A stretch of DNA of 64,000 nucleotides from Nitrospirota bacterium. Lineage in GTDB: Bacteria > Nitrospirota > JACRHL01. Numbering within the stretch: the first letter of the stretch is position 1; each line of letters opens with the position of its first letter. Positions 29,136 through 38,298 of this stretch are shown here, one piece after another. The stretch spans positions 9,842 to 73,841 of the forward strand of contig JAOUFN010000002.1 of assembly GCA_029858285.1 (NCBI GenBank), read 5' to 3'. Both the position numbers and the translations under genes were made by a program. The notes beneath the pieces were generated by a model. That model worked only from the letters and a program-made list of their open reading frames with translations, did no database searches and was not told where the DNA came from.

Positions 29136-30713
29136 ATGACCCTGTTTGCACGCCTCACCGCCGCCCTGATCCTGGCCTCCGCCGCCGGGGGCACCGCGCT
29201 GGCGGTGCTGTATTCGGGGGTTCTGCCCTACGGCACGGCGGGGCTGGTCATCTCCGCGCTGCTGTTGATGGGCACCGCGGGGCTGGCGCGCTGGGTGATT
29301 CGCCCGTTGCAGAACGACCTCCGGCGGGGCGGCAGCGGGCGGAACGATATCGACCAAAGCCACGTTGCGGACGACCCGTGGGCAGAGGCGGCGCTGCACG
29401 GCAACCAAGCCTGGGACGAACTGATGGCGCGGCTGCACCACTACGGCTACGGTCCGGGCACGCCCGGCGACACACGGCCGGGGCTGCCCGCCAACCCGCT
29501 GCTGGCATGCCTGTTTCAGGCCGCCAGCACCGACGTTGCCAGCCACTCCCACGAGGCCTTCGTATCGCGCCTCTTTTCCGACTGGATCAACGACGGCACC
29601 CTGCGGGCGGTGGCGCTGGCCCAGGGGGCACGCCACACGGTGTCGTTCCTGGCCCACTGCCCCCCCGGCCTGCGCCCCCTGCACCAGGAAGACATCCCCC
29701 CGGAAATCCGCAAACTGCCCGCCACCGCCCCGCAACCCAAAGTGGTGACCACCGACACGGCGGTGTGGGCGGCCTTCCCCACGGGTCCGGCCCCGGCGCA
29801 CCCCGGCGACCACACCAACAGCGCACCCCGCAACCTGATGGTGGCCTGGCCGGAGGATCACCGCGTCGAGCTTCAGGAATTGATCGCTCTGGCCACCGTG
29901 GCCCGCTACATTGGCGCCCGTGGCCACATTGCCGCGGCAATGAGCCGACCCCAGACCCACAGTGTGCCACCGGCGGCGGATCTGCAGGCCCACCTGTTTG
30001 CCTACCTGGGGTTGCGCCTGCACGATCTGGTGCGGGAGGTCGAGGAATTCTGCAACGCCGTCCACCGCGCCGCCCAGGGCGATTCCGCCTCGCTGCCCGC
30101 GTCCCTCGACGCCCAGGGGCGCCGCCTGCGGGAACGCCTGACCGACTTGCTCCACGGCGCCGACGGCGGCTGGCTGCCCGCCCCCGGAACGCACTGCCCG
30201 GTGTTCCTCCCGTCGCTGATCGAACAGGTGCTGCTGCCCTACCGGAATGAAATGGAACGGGGCCACATCACCCTGCGCTGCGACACCCGCGGCGCCGGGA
30301 AGCCGGTCACCACCGATCCGGTGGCGCTGTCGGCGATCATGGACGCCCTGATCTCCAACGCGGTACGCTTTACTCCGGACCACGGGCGCATTGTCCTCAG
30401 GGTGACCCGACTGGACGACGGTCGGCAGGGGGAGCTGGTGGTCGCTGTGCGCGACTCCGGCGTCGGCCTCTCCCCCGACAGCGCCGGACACCTCGGGGAG
30501 GCGTTTTTTCAGGGGCCGGAGGCGGCCCGGCGCATGGGCTCCGGACACGGGCTGGGGCTGGCCCTCGCCACGCGGCTGGCGGAACGGCTGAACGGCAGCC
30601 TGAACGGCGCGGGAAACGACACGGGGAACCGCAAGGGCAGCACCTTCGTGCTGCGGATTCCCCTTCATCCAGTCACCTCCCCCAACCGGGAGACGCTGGT
30701 CAAGGCGGCTTGA
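29136..30713 (+). CDS. Membrane histidine-kinase-like protein with ATP-binding boxes but no phospho-acceptor His
   Basis: Two N-terminal TM helices; N box LISNAVRF, G1 VRDSGVG, F box EAFFQ, G2 GHGLGLAL; H-box position reads LFAYLGLRLHDLV. Confidence 0.8.
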   Translation: MTLFARLTAALILASAAGGTALAVLYSGVLPYGTAGLVISALLLMGTAGLARWVIRPLQNDLRRGGSGRNDIDQSHVADDPWAEAALHGNQAWDELMARLHHYGYGPGTPGDTRPGLPANPLLACLFQAASTDVASHSHEAFVSRLFSDWINDGTLRAVALAQGARHTVSFLAHCPPGLRPLHQEDIPPEIRKLPATAPQPKVVTTDTAVWAAFPTGPAPAHPGDHTNSAPRNLMVAWPEDHRVELQELIALATVARYIGARGHIAAAMSRPQTHSVPPAADLQAHLFAYLGLRLHDLVREVEEFCNAVHRAAQGDSASLPASLDAQGRRLRERLTDLLHGADGGWLPAPGTHCPVFLPSLIEQVLLPYRNEMERGHITLRCDTRGAGKPVTTDPVALSAIMDALISNAVRFTPDHGRIVLRVTRLDDGRQGELVVAVRDSGVGLSPDSAGHLGEAFFQGPEAARRMGSGHGLGLALATRLAERLNGSLNGAGNDTGNRKGSTFVLRIPLHPVTSPNRETLVKAA

Positions 30714-30716
30714 CAC

Positions 30717-31397
30717 ATGGACCACCCGGCAGACACCACCTCCCCCCGTCCCCTCGATGCCCCCCGCCCCGGCGGCGCCTCCCCCACGGAGTCCGAGCGG
30801 GAACTGCTGCAACTCGCGGTGTCCCTGCTCAACCACGACCTGCGCTCCCCGATCCACGCCATTCTGGGCTTTTCCGAACTGCTCACCATGCGCGACGGCT
30901 CCCCGGAGGAGATTCACCGCTACGCCGAGATGATCGGCCACGGCGGTGAACAGCTCATGCACCAGGTGGACCAGATTGTCGGGCTGATGCGTGCGGTGAT
31001 GGGGCAAACCGCCTGGGGGTTTGCCGAAACGCCCCTGACCGTGATTCTGGGAGCGGTTGCCCCGGAAGGCGTTGTCATCGGCGTCGCCAAAGGCGACACC
31101 ACCGGAACGGTCCGCTGGGACCCGGAGCGCATGGGCGGTGCCCTGGGCGACCTGCGCGACCACGGCCGCCAGGCCTCGGGCGACGAAACCTTTGCCGCCG
31201 ACGCCGACGCCAGTCGGGTGCGCATCCGCATCGGCCAACCGCTGGGGGCGTTGCACCCGGTGGACATCAACTTCCGCAATGCCGCCGTGCAGTACGCCGC
31301 CCAAGTGGTCACCGCCCACCACGGCACCCTGCTGGCGGACCAAGGCGGTTTCGGCTTTTCCCTGGATATTCCCCGCTACCCGGACCTGGGGGCGTAG
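30717..31397 (+). CDS. Histidine phosphotransfer-like protein: intact HisKA H-box, degenerate ATP-binding domain
   Basis: LLNHDLRSPIHAILGFSELL; no recognisable N/G1/G2 boxes; starts 4 nt after the upstream stop. Confidence 0.78.
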   Translation: MDHPADTTSPRPLDAPRPGGASPTESERELLQLAVSLLNHDLRSPIHAILGFSELLTMRDGSPEEIHRYAEMIGHGGEQLMHQVDQIVGLMRAVMGQTAWGFAETPLTVILGAVAPEGVVIGVAKGDTTGTVRWDPERMGGALGDLRDHGRQASGDETFAADADASRVRIRIGQPLGALHPVDINFRNAAVQYAAQVVTAHHGTLLADQGGFGFSLDIPRYPDLGA

Positions 31398-31454
31398 GCC
31401 CTCGCCGACCGGCAGTGGGGGCCTTCCGAAGATGTCCCCCCCGGCGCCACACCC

Positions 31455-31553
31455 ATGGGGCGGGGTGCCCCCGGCGTCACCGATGGGGCGGGGTGCCCCC
31501 GGCGTCACCGATGGGGCGGGTGCCCCCGGCGTCACCGATGGGGCGGGTGCCCC
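31455..31553. repeat. 27-28 bp tandem repeat, about 3.6 copies, overlapping the fabH stop codon
   Basis: ATGGGGCGGGGTGCCCCCGGCGTCACCG starting at 31455, 31483, 31511 (27 bp) and 31538 (partial). Confidence 0.95.
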
Positions 31554-32605
31554 GCCCCTGTGCCCTGCCACCGCAACCGGCACGCCCCCCAGGTCAGCCC
31601 GCCGCCGAAGGTGGCCAGCAGCACGTTGTCGCCGTCACCGATGCGCCCCTCGGACAGGGCCGTGGCCAGGGTGATGGGCAACGACGCGGACGAGGTGTTG
31701 CCATAGCGCTCCAGCGTGGTGCACACGCGTCCCTCGGGAATTCCCAAACGCCCGGCCACCGCCTCCAGAATGCGCAAGTTGGCCTGATGAAACACGAAGC
31801 AGGCGATGTCGTTCACCCCCAGCCCGTCCCGCTCCAGGGTGGCGCGGATGATCTCCGAAAAGCGGCTGACCGCCATTCGGAACAGGGGGATGCCGTCCAT
31901 CTTCAGGGTGTGCTGGCCGGCGGCGAGGGTATCCGCCGAAAGCGGCAGGCGCGAGCCCCCGGCGGGCATGTGCACATAGTGCCAGCGGCTGCCGTCGGTA
32001 CGCAGGGTGACCGGTCCCACCCGTCCGCCGCTCAGGGTGCCGTGGGGGTCGGCCTCGATCAGGGCGGCACCGGCGCCGTCCCCGAACAGGATGGCGGTGG
32101 CCGGGTCGTCCAGGTCGAGAAAGCGGCTTTTCACGTCTGCCGAGATCACCAGAATGCGCCGCGCCTCGCCGGTAAGGATCGCCGCCCGCGCCATCGACAG
32201 GGCGGCCAGAAAGCCGGTGCAGGAGGCGAACACGTCCATGGCGCCGCCTTCGGAAGAGATGCCCAGGGCTTGCTGGATCAGGCAGGCGGTGGCGGGAAAC
32301 GCCATGTCCGGCGAGGTGGTGGAGACCAGAATCCGGTCCACCCCCGCCGGGTCCACCCCGGTTTCCTTGAACAGGGCCTGCGCGGCCCGCGTTCCCAGGG
32401 TAGAGGTGGCGTGTTGCGGCGGTGCCCAGCGGCGCGTGCGGACGCCGGTGCGGCGCACGATTTCCGCCGCGCTCAACCCCAGCCGCTGTCCCAGGTCGGC
32501 ACTGGTGACCTCGGTCTCCGGGACGTAGAGGGCGGCGGCGCGCAACACCACGCCGGGGGGAGATAAAACCGGGACGGATCCAGGTACAGAGTCGGGGACG
32601 GACAT
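31532..32605 (-). CDS. fabH: 3-oxoacyl-ACP synthase III
   Basis: ASCTGF (Cys), ILFGDGAGA, FHQAN (His), RYGNTSSAS (Asn), FGGGLTWG. Confidence 0.95.
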   Translation of the reverse strand: MSVPDSVPGSVPVLSPPGVVLRAAALYVPETEVTSADLGQRLGLSAAEIVRRTGVRTRRWAPPQHATSTLGTRAAQALFKETGVDPAGVDRILVSTTSPDMAFPATACLIQQALGISSEGGAMDVFASCTGFLAALSMARAAILTGEARRILVISADVKSRFLDLDDPATAILFGDGAGAALIEADPHGTLSGGRVGPVTLRTDGSRWHYVHMPAGGSRLPLSADTLAAGQHTLKMDGIPLFRMAVSRFSEIIRATLERDGLGVNDIACFVFHQANLRILEAVAGRLGIPEGRVCTTLERYGNTSSASLPITLATALSEGRIGDGDNVLLATFGGGLTWGACRLRWQGTGAGHPPHR

Positions 32606-32679
32606 GGGGGGATTTTAAGTTTCGCCAGCGGACTGGTCAACCGCACCGGATGAGACCGGTTAACCAGCCTCCCCCCACA

Positions 32680-32833
32680 GCGATGAAGCTGGCCGCGCCA
32701 CGGATTTTACGCGCATGCGCCGGCCCCCACCCCGCCCGCCGCGATGAATGCAGAACTGCCGTGTGTGTTAGCGAATATGCCCGGGGGGTTCCCCCGCCGC
32801 GAATATGCCTGCGGGCCCCCCCCCCGCCCGCCG
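32680..32833 (-). repeat. Short degenerate array of the REP-like family found at 53.5-57 kb
   Basis: GCGATGAAGCTGGCCGCGCCACGGATTTTACGCG plus GCGAATA motifs, directly after the lpxC stop. Confidence 0.85.
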
Positions 32834-33721
32834 CTAGACGGCGAGGGCGGCGGGTTCGGCGCCGTGCACGTATTCCCAGCAATCGGGGCGGCGCAGAATT
32901 TCTTCCACCAGCCGGGTGTGCAGGGCGTGGCCGGAGCGATGGGCGATCAGATGGCCCCACAGGGGGAACCCCAGCAAGGCCAGGTCGCCTACCAGATCCA
33001 GCACCTTGTGGCGCACCGGCTCGTCGGCAAAGCGCAACCCGCCGGGGTTGAGCACGCCGTCCTCGCCGATCACCACGGCGTTGTCCAGGGAACCGCCCCG
33101 GGCCAGTCCCCTGGACTTGAGGTAGTCCACCTCGGCAGCAAAGCCGAAGGTACGGGCGGCGGCCAGTTCATTCTCGAAATTCTGCGGGCTCAGTTCCAGG
33201 TGAAAGCGCTGCTGCCCGACGGAGGGGTGTTCAAAATCAATGGCGTAGTCGATGGTCAGGCCGGGCACGGCGGCGGGCAGCAGTTCGATCCACTTGCCCT
33301 CGGCCTCCACCCGGAGCGGGCGGGTAATGCGCACGGCCGAGCGTTCCTTGCTCTGCTCCACGCGGCCAACGGCCTTGAGGCCTTCCACGAACGGCATGGC
33401 GCTGCCATCCATCACCGGCACCTCGCAGCTGTCCAGCCACATTTCGGCGTTGTCCACCTCCAGCCCGGCGAGGGCCGCAAGCAGGTGTTCCACGGTGTGC
33501 AGTTGCACGCCGTCCTGCCCCAGGGAGGTGGCGTAGGAAGTGGCCTGGATGTTGCCGGAGCGGGCATGAATGGTCACCGGCTGCATACCGGGGCGCGCAA
33601 TCACGAAACGGAAACCGGAATCCACCACCGCCGGGCGGACGCTAAGGGTCACCGGCGCGCCGGTATGCAATCCCACCCCGGTAAAGCGTGCTTCCCTGCT
33701 GACCGTGCTTTGAAAAACCAT
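32834..33721 (-). CDS. lpxC: UDP-3-O-acyl-N-acetylglucosamine deacetylase
   Basis: ATG after AAGGAG; GVGLHTG, TVEHLLAAL, MDGSA, ARTFGF, HKVLDLVGD, GHALH. Confidence 0.96.
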   Translation of the reverse strand: MVFQSTVSREARFTGVGLHTGAPVTLSVRPAVVDSGFRFVIARPGMQPVTIHARSGNIQATSYATSLGQDGVQLHTVEHLLAALAGLEVDNAEMWLDSCEVPVMDGSAMPFVEGLKAVGRVEQSKERSAVRITRPLRVEAEGKWIELLPAAVPGLTIDYAIDFEHPSVGQQRFHLELSPQNFENELAAARTFGFAAEVDYLKSRGLARGGSLDNAVVIGEDGVLNPGGLRFADEPVRHKVLDLVGDLALLGFPLWGHLIAHRSGHALHTRLVEEILRRPDCWEYVHGAEPAALAV

Positions 33722-34054
33722 CCTGGGCTCCTTGGGTGTCCGGTCACATCCTGTGCCGGATCTACGGCTGCCCGCAGGCGGCGAAGGTGCCGGTCCGGGG
33801 CGCAGCGACCGGACAGACTGCAACCGCTGTGCCAGCGCGTAACGGCCCGGACAATTCGATGCAATGCATTGTATTTAATGAAATGCCGAAACAACGGAAA
33901 TGCGCCACCGGGGCCTCTCCGGGGGTGGCCGGGAGGGTTCGTTTCACCCGCACGGCGCCGTCACGGGTAGGTTTCACCCGCACGGATGCGGCGCACTGCC
34001 TCCCGCCGATAGCGGTTGACGTTGCCGTACGCCGCGCCCGATAATCGGGTACCT

Positions 34055-34549
34055 ATGAACGAATCGGCCCAACAGATCCCCGACAGCGGACAACTCGGCA
34101 CCCTGCCCCTGATCCACATTCTCGAGCATTTTGTGGACAAGGGGGTGACCGGCACCCTGGCGGTGCATCAGGACGCGGTGGTCAAGGCGATTTTTCTGCG
34201 CGACGGCGAGGTGGTGTTTGCCACCTCCACCAAGAAGATGGATCGTCTGGGCGAAGTGCTGGTGCGCACCGGGGTGATTTCGGCCTCGGCCCACGATGCC
34301 GCCACCAAGTCCATGCAGCAGAGCGGCAAACGCGAGGGGGAAACCCTGGTGGACATGGGCATCCTCACCCCCAAGGGGCTGTTCGAGGCCCTCAAGGTGC
34401 AGGTGGAGGAGATCATCCTCTCCATGTTCTTGTGGGATCAGGGCAAGTATCAGTTCATGCCGGGACGTCTGCCGGCCCACGTGGTGCCCCTGCCGGTGCG
34501 CATGGACCAGCTTCTGCCCCGCGCCCTGGACCGATTGGGCGGTCAGTAG
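34055..34549 (+). CDS. Stand-alone DUF4388 (PatA-N-like) protein
   Basis: GQLGTLPLIHIL, TGTLAV, IFLRDGEVVFA, RLGEVLV, FLWDQGKYQF. Confidence 0.8.
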   Translation: MNESAQQIPDSGQLGTLPLIHILEHFVDKGVTGTLAVHQDAVVKAIFLRDGEVVFATSTKKMDRLGEVLVRTGVISASAHDAATKSMQQSGKREGETLVDMGILTPKGLFEALKVQVEEIILSMFLWDQGKYQFMPGRLPAHVVPLPVRMDQLLPRALDRLGGQ

Positions 34550-34655
34550 GCATCGCCCGATTGGGCGGTCAGCAGGCATCGCCCGATTGGGCGGTCAGCA
34601 GGCATCGCCCGATTGGGCGGTCAGCAGGCATCGCCCGATTGGGCGGTCAGCAGGC
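34531..34655. repeat. 26-bp tandem repeat, about 4.8 copies
   Basis: CCGATTGGGCGGTCAG(T/C)AGGCATCGC starting at 34531, 34557, 34583, 34609, 34635. Confidence 0.97.
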
Positions 34656-34716
34656 GCCCCGCCGCCCCCCCCGGGACAACACGAACAGGCCGCACCAATC
34701 CCCGGCCCCCCGGTTT

Positions 34717-35700
34717 TTATCCGGCGGGGGTTTCCCCCTTGCCGCCCCGGACCTGGCGTGAATCCACCCAGATATCGAACACCCCGGTAAGGGCCAGGGA
34801 CGGCAGCAGAAACAGCGGCGCCGGGGGGATTAAAAACAGCGCGTAGAAGGCCACCTGCAAGGCCGGGTGGGTGGCGGCGCGCCGGAAATAGTGGGCCATT
34901 ACCGCCCACCCCTGCAGGGCATAGGCCAGCAGCAGAATTCCCAAAAGATTTCCCGCCACCACCGGCAGGGCGCCCGACAGGGGGGCGCCAAGGCCGCCAA
35001 TGGCCAGGGGCGCGGCGACGGCAATCAGATACCAGATCCAGGTATCGGGCAGGTACCACTCCGTGATCGGCTGCATCTCCCCCACGGCGGGGTGCGGGTA
35101 GCGCCGGAAGATGCGGCGCGTCATCAGCAACGAAGCAGTGCCCAGGGCCATGCCGGTAAACATGAAGGCGACCGGGGAAAAGCGGTACATGTTGCGGGAG
35201 ATTTCCGCAGCGTGCTCGCGGAACGTGGCCAGGGCCGGGTCTTTGGGGGCCGCGACGGCGTATTCGCGGATGGTTTCATCGACGAAGCGGTTGGTCACCT
35301 GCCGCATCCCCCCCGGCGTGGTCAGTTCGATGGCCGCCAGCACCGTGACGGTGAGCAGGGCGGCAGACAGGCCCACGGCCAGTTCCGGGCGCCAGCGCAG
35401 GGTCAAACAACGGGCCACCAGCAGGGCGGGCGCGGCCACCGCCACCAAAAACGCCACCGCCGCGCCATCGCTGCCCAGGCCGAACTCGAAGGCGGCGCCC
35501 ACCAGCGCCGCGGCCAGCATCACCCGCTCGCCCCGGCGCACCGCGAGCGCCGCCAGGGGTACCGGCGCGAACAGGGCGAAGGGCATGCCGAACACGCCCA
35601 GGGCCCGCACCGCCCAGTAAAGGGAAAGCGCAAGAAAAAGGGACGCGGCAGCCTCGGCCAGCGTCCCTCGGGCGTTACCGCCGTTGGCCGTGGGGGCCAT
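34717..35700 (-). CDS. DUF2232 / YybS-family membrane protein
   Basis: Polytopic; W.LPDTWIW and LQGWAV-like segments, TGVFDIWVD; directly after rpsR. Confidence 0.8.
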   Translation of the reverse strand: MAPTANGGNARGTLAEAAASLFLALSLYWAVRALGVFGMPFALFAPVPLAALAVRRGERVMLAAALVGAAFEFGLGSDGAAVAFLVAVAAPALLVARCLTLRWRPELAVGLSAALLTVTVLAAIELTTPGGMRQVTNRFVDETIREYAVAAPKDPALATFREHAAEISRNMYRFSPVAFMFTGMALGTASLLMTRRIFRRYPHPAVGEMQPITEWYLPDTWIWYLIAVAAPLAIGGLGAPLSGALPVVAGNLLGILLLAYALQGWAVMAHYFRRAATHPALQVAFYALFLIPPAPLFLLPSLALTGVFDIWVDSRQVRGGKGETPAG

Positions 35701-35708
35701 CTTGCCGG

Positions 35709-35939
35709 TCAGACCGGCACTTCCTTGAAGGCGATCAGCGCGATGTTGCGGGCGCGCTTGATGCCCACGGTCAACTGCCGCTGGTGCGGCGCACAGGTGC
35801 CGGACACGCGGCTGGGGATGATCTTGCCCCGCTCGGTGATGAAGCGACGCAGGGTGGTCACGTCCTTGTAGTCGATCTCTTCCACTTTATCCACGCAGAA
35901 GCGGCACACGCGCTTGCGGAACATTTTTCCACGCATCAT
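35709..35939 (-). CDS. rpsR: 30S ribosomal protein S18
   Basis: [38 protein letters not shown]. Confidence 0.97.
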   Translation of the reverse strand: MMRGKMFRKRVCRFCVDKVEEIDYKDVTTLRRFITERGKIIPSRVSGTCAPHQRQLTVGIKRARNIALIAFKEVPV

Positions 35940-35994
35940 GGCTAGGGTCCTTTTCTTAAACAGCTATATGGCCCGATCCCCGTGGGGACGCGGC

Positions 35995-36450
35995 CTAAAA
36001 CGGGATGTCGTCGTCGGTAAAGTCCGGCGGCGCAAAATCAGACTGATTGCCACCCCCCCCGGTGCGCCCGCTTTCGCTGACGCTGCCGGAGTGGGCCGAG
36101 GCCCCTGCGGACATAGACTCCTGGCGACGCGGCATGAAGCGGATGTTCTGGGCCACCACTTCGTGCTTGCTGCGCTTGGAGCCGTCCTCCGCCTCCCAGC
36201 GACGCTGGGAGAGACGGCCATCCACGATCACGCCTCCGCCGCGGGTGAGGTACTGGCTGCACGATTCCGCCTGCTTGCCAAACACCACAACGTCGACGTA
36301 GCAGACGTCTTCGCGGGTTTCCTCGCCCTGGCGGTAGCGGTGGTTGATGGCCAGCGCCAGGGTGGCGACGGCGGTCCCGCTGGGGGTGTAGCGCAGTTCC
36401 GGATCCCGGGTCAGGTTGCCGATCAGGATCACCTTGTTGAAGCTGGTCAT
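35995..36450 (-). CDS. ssb: Single-stranded DNA-binding protein
   Basis: NKVILIGNLTRDPELRYTPSG; C-terminal DDDIPF. Confidence 0.98.
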   Translation of the reverse strand: MTSFNKVILIGNLTRDPELRYTPSGTAVATLALAINHRYRQGEETREDVCYVDVVVFGKQAESCSQYLTRGGGVIVDGRLSQRRWEAEDGSKRSKHEVVAQNIRFMPRRQESMSAGASAHSGSVSESGRTGGGGNQSDFAPPDFTDDDIPF

Positions 36451-36452
36451 GC

Positions 36453-36860
36453 TCAGTCTCCGAGGTCGGGGGAAAGTCCCTCGTCGTCATCGTCGTCGTC
36501 GCGGCGCGGCCGGGAACGGCGCGGCTTGTACGGCTCGCGGGGGACGTGGGCGTCGGTACCGACGGTCAACGCGTTCTCGTTGACACGGCTGGTGAGGAAC
36601 TTCAGGAACGCCTCGTCCAGGCGGAACATGCGCTCCATTTCGGCCAGCATGGCGGCATTGCCGACGAAGCGCAGCAACTGATAGTTGCCCTTGCTCTGCT
36701 TGGCGATGTCGTAGGCGAGGCGCTTGTTGCCCCAGTTCTCGCGGTAGTAGATCCGCCCGCCGTGTTCTTCGACCAAAGCCTCAAGGCGCGCCTTGGCGGC
36801 TTCGGTGCCTTCGGCACCCAGGTCCGGGTGCATGATGTACAGTGATTCGTAGCAGTGCAT
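36453..36860 (-). CDS. rpsF: 30S ribosomal protein S6
   Basis: YESLYIMHPDL, WGNKRLAYDI, GNYQL; position before ssb. Confidence 0.95.
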   Translation of the reverse strand: MHCYESLYIMHPDLGAEGTEAAKARLEALVEEHGGRIYYRENWGNKRLAYDIAKQSKGNYQLLRFVGNAAMLAEMERMFRLDEAFLKFLTSRVNENALTVGTDAHVPREPYKPRRSRPRRDDDDDDEGLSPDLGD

Positions 36861-36867
36861 GCGTTTT

Positions 36868-36911
36868 CCTCTCGGTCATTCGGCCCCGGCCACACGCCGA
36901 CCGGAGCGAGG
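36868..36911 (-). promoter_or_regulatory. Possible S6:S18 autoregulatory leader hairpin
   Basis: Minus strand CCTC-GCTCC-GGTC...GACC-GA-GAGG pairs over the RBS, with a CC-containing internal loop; judged by eye. Confidence 0.4.
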
Positions 36912-37109
36912 TTGAGTATCGGACGAGCTGCCGCGGCGGAATTGCCGTGGCATCAGGACACCGGGGGACCCGGCATCAAAAAAATATCCGAGGTGGGCAT
37001 TATACGCAGGCAGTCAGGCCGCTGGCAACCGCGCCCGCCTCCGCCCCGCGTCTCCCGCCCTCCGCCCCCCCCTCCGGCCTCCTCCCCCCTCAGTCGGGGG
37101 GGGCGACGG

Positions 37110-37487
37110 TCAGGTGAGGTCCATGGCCTCCTGGGCTTCTTGCTCGGTTTTACAGTCGATGCACAGGGTGGTCACCGGGCGGGCCTTGAGGCGCTCGAAA
37201 GCGATGTCCTCGCCGCACTCCTCGCACACACCGTAACTGCCGGTACCGATGCGCTCCAGTGCGCCTTCGATCTTGATCAGCAGTTTTTGTTCGCGACTGC
37301 GCATGCGGATGTTCAGGTTTTGATCCTGCTCCGCAGTAGCCTGATCGCTCATGTCGGGAAAATTCGTACCCTCGGTGCCCATGGCTCCGTTGGCGATGAT
37401 CTCCTCGGCCAGCGCCAGGATGTCATCCCGCTGCTGCTCCAGGATCCGGCGAATTTCCTCAAAATCTCTGATACCGCCCTGCGTCAT
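37110..37487 (-). CDS. dksA: RNA polymerase-binding transcription factor DksA
   Basis: DMSDQA tip motif; CEEC...CIDC Zn finger. Confidence 0.93.
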   Translation of the reverse strand: MTQGGIRDFEEIRRILEQQRDDILALAEEIIANGAMGTEGTNFPDMSDQATAEQDQNLNIRMRSREQKLLIKIEGALERIGTGSYGVCEECGEDIAFERLKARPVTTLCIDCKTEQEAQEAMDLT

Positions 37488-37591
37488 CCGAAACACCCCA
37501 AAATCAAGCCAGCCTGCCCGGATGGAAATCCCGGAGCAGACGTGTGACGCCGAGACACACATCACGCATCGGCCAAAATACGAAACGCAGA

Positions 37592-37620
37592 ATTGTATGC
37601 AAGGGATTCCGCAAAGTCAA
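37592..37620 (-). promoter_or_regulatory. Sigma70 promoter for dksA
   Basis: TTGACT-N17-TACAAT. Confidence 0.7.
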
Positions 37621-37651
37621 CGCAAAATGCCTTCGAGGGGCCGCCCGGCCC

Positions 37652-37682
37652 TTGACATCCCCCCCCCTCTTCCGCTAAAAAT
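37652..37682 (+). promoter_or_regulatory. Sigma70 promoter for the tRNA operon
   Basis: TTGACA-N18-TAAAAA(T), GC-rich discriminator, C9 tract in the spacer. Confidence 0.6.
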
Positions 37683-37743
37683 AGCGGCCCTGTCGACGGA
37701 TTTGGACGGAGCCGGTAGCGGTTGAACCGGCAGAGGATTGAAC

Positions 37744-37820
<77 letters not shown>

Positions 37821-37894
37821 CCTTGCCCCGCAAGAGCGGCGGTTTCCACGGGGAGCGAATGGACGCGGGTGGCGCCCGCACGCGGACACGGTTT

Positions 37895-37971
<77 letters not shown>

Positions 37972-38054
37972 TTTTCCGGCGCCCTGCGAGGTGGCAGACG
38001 GCAAAACACCGCCCCGGCGGCCCCGTCCGGGGGCACCTGGCGGCAAAAGATTGT

Positions 38055-38131
38055 GGTGGGCGTAGCTCAGTCGGTAGAGCCCCGGATTGTGGTTCCGGTT
38101 GTCGCGGGTTCGAGCCCCGTCGCTCACCCCA
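38055..38131 (+). tRNA. tRNA-His(GTG)
   Basis: G-1, anticodon arm CCGGA-TT-GTG-GT-TCCGG, C discriminator, CCA. Confidence 0.97.
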
Positions 38132-38139
38132 TCCCCAGT

Positions 38140-38176
38140 AACCCCCGGAGAGGCGCCCCCCCTCCGGGGGTTTTTT
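38140..38176 (+). terminator. Intrinsic terminator of the tRNA operon
   Basis: ACCCCCGGAG...CTCCGGGGG-TTTTTT. Confidence 0.88.
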
Positions 38177-38298
38177 GTCCACCCTTTGCCGTCGCCTCCC
38201 CTTGGGCTATCATCTGACCTGAAACCACCGATCTGGAACCACGCCCGCCCGGCCGCGCCATCTCTGGGGTGCCCGGAAACCGAACCGGAGAACCAAAC

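Noticed and set aside
34531-34655. 26-bp repeats (also the 28-bp repeats at 31455) as a CRISPR array
   Set aside because: Units are contiguous with no unique spacers, and no cas genes are present
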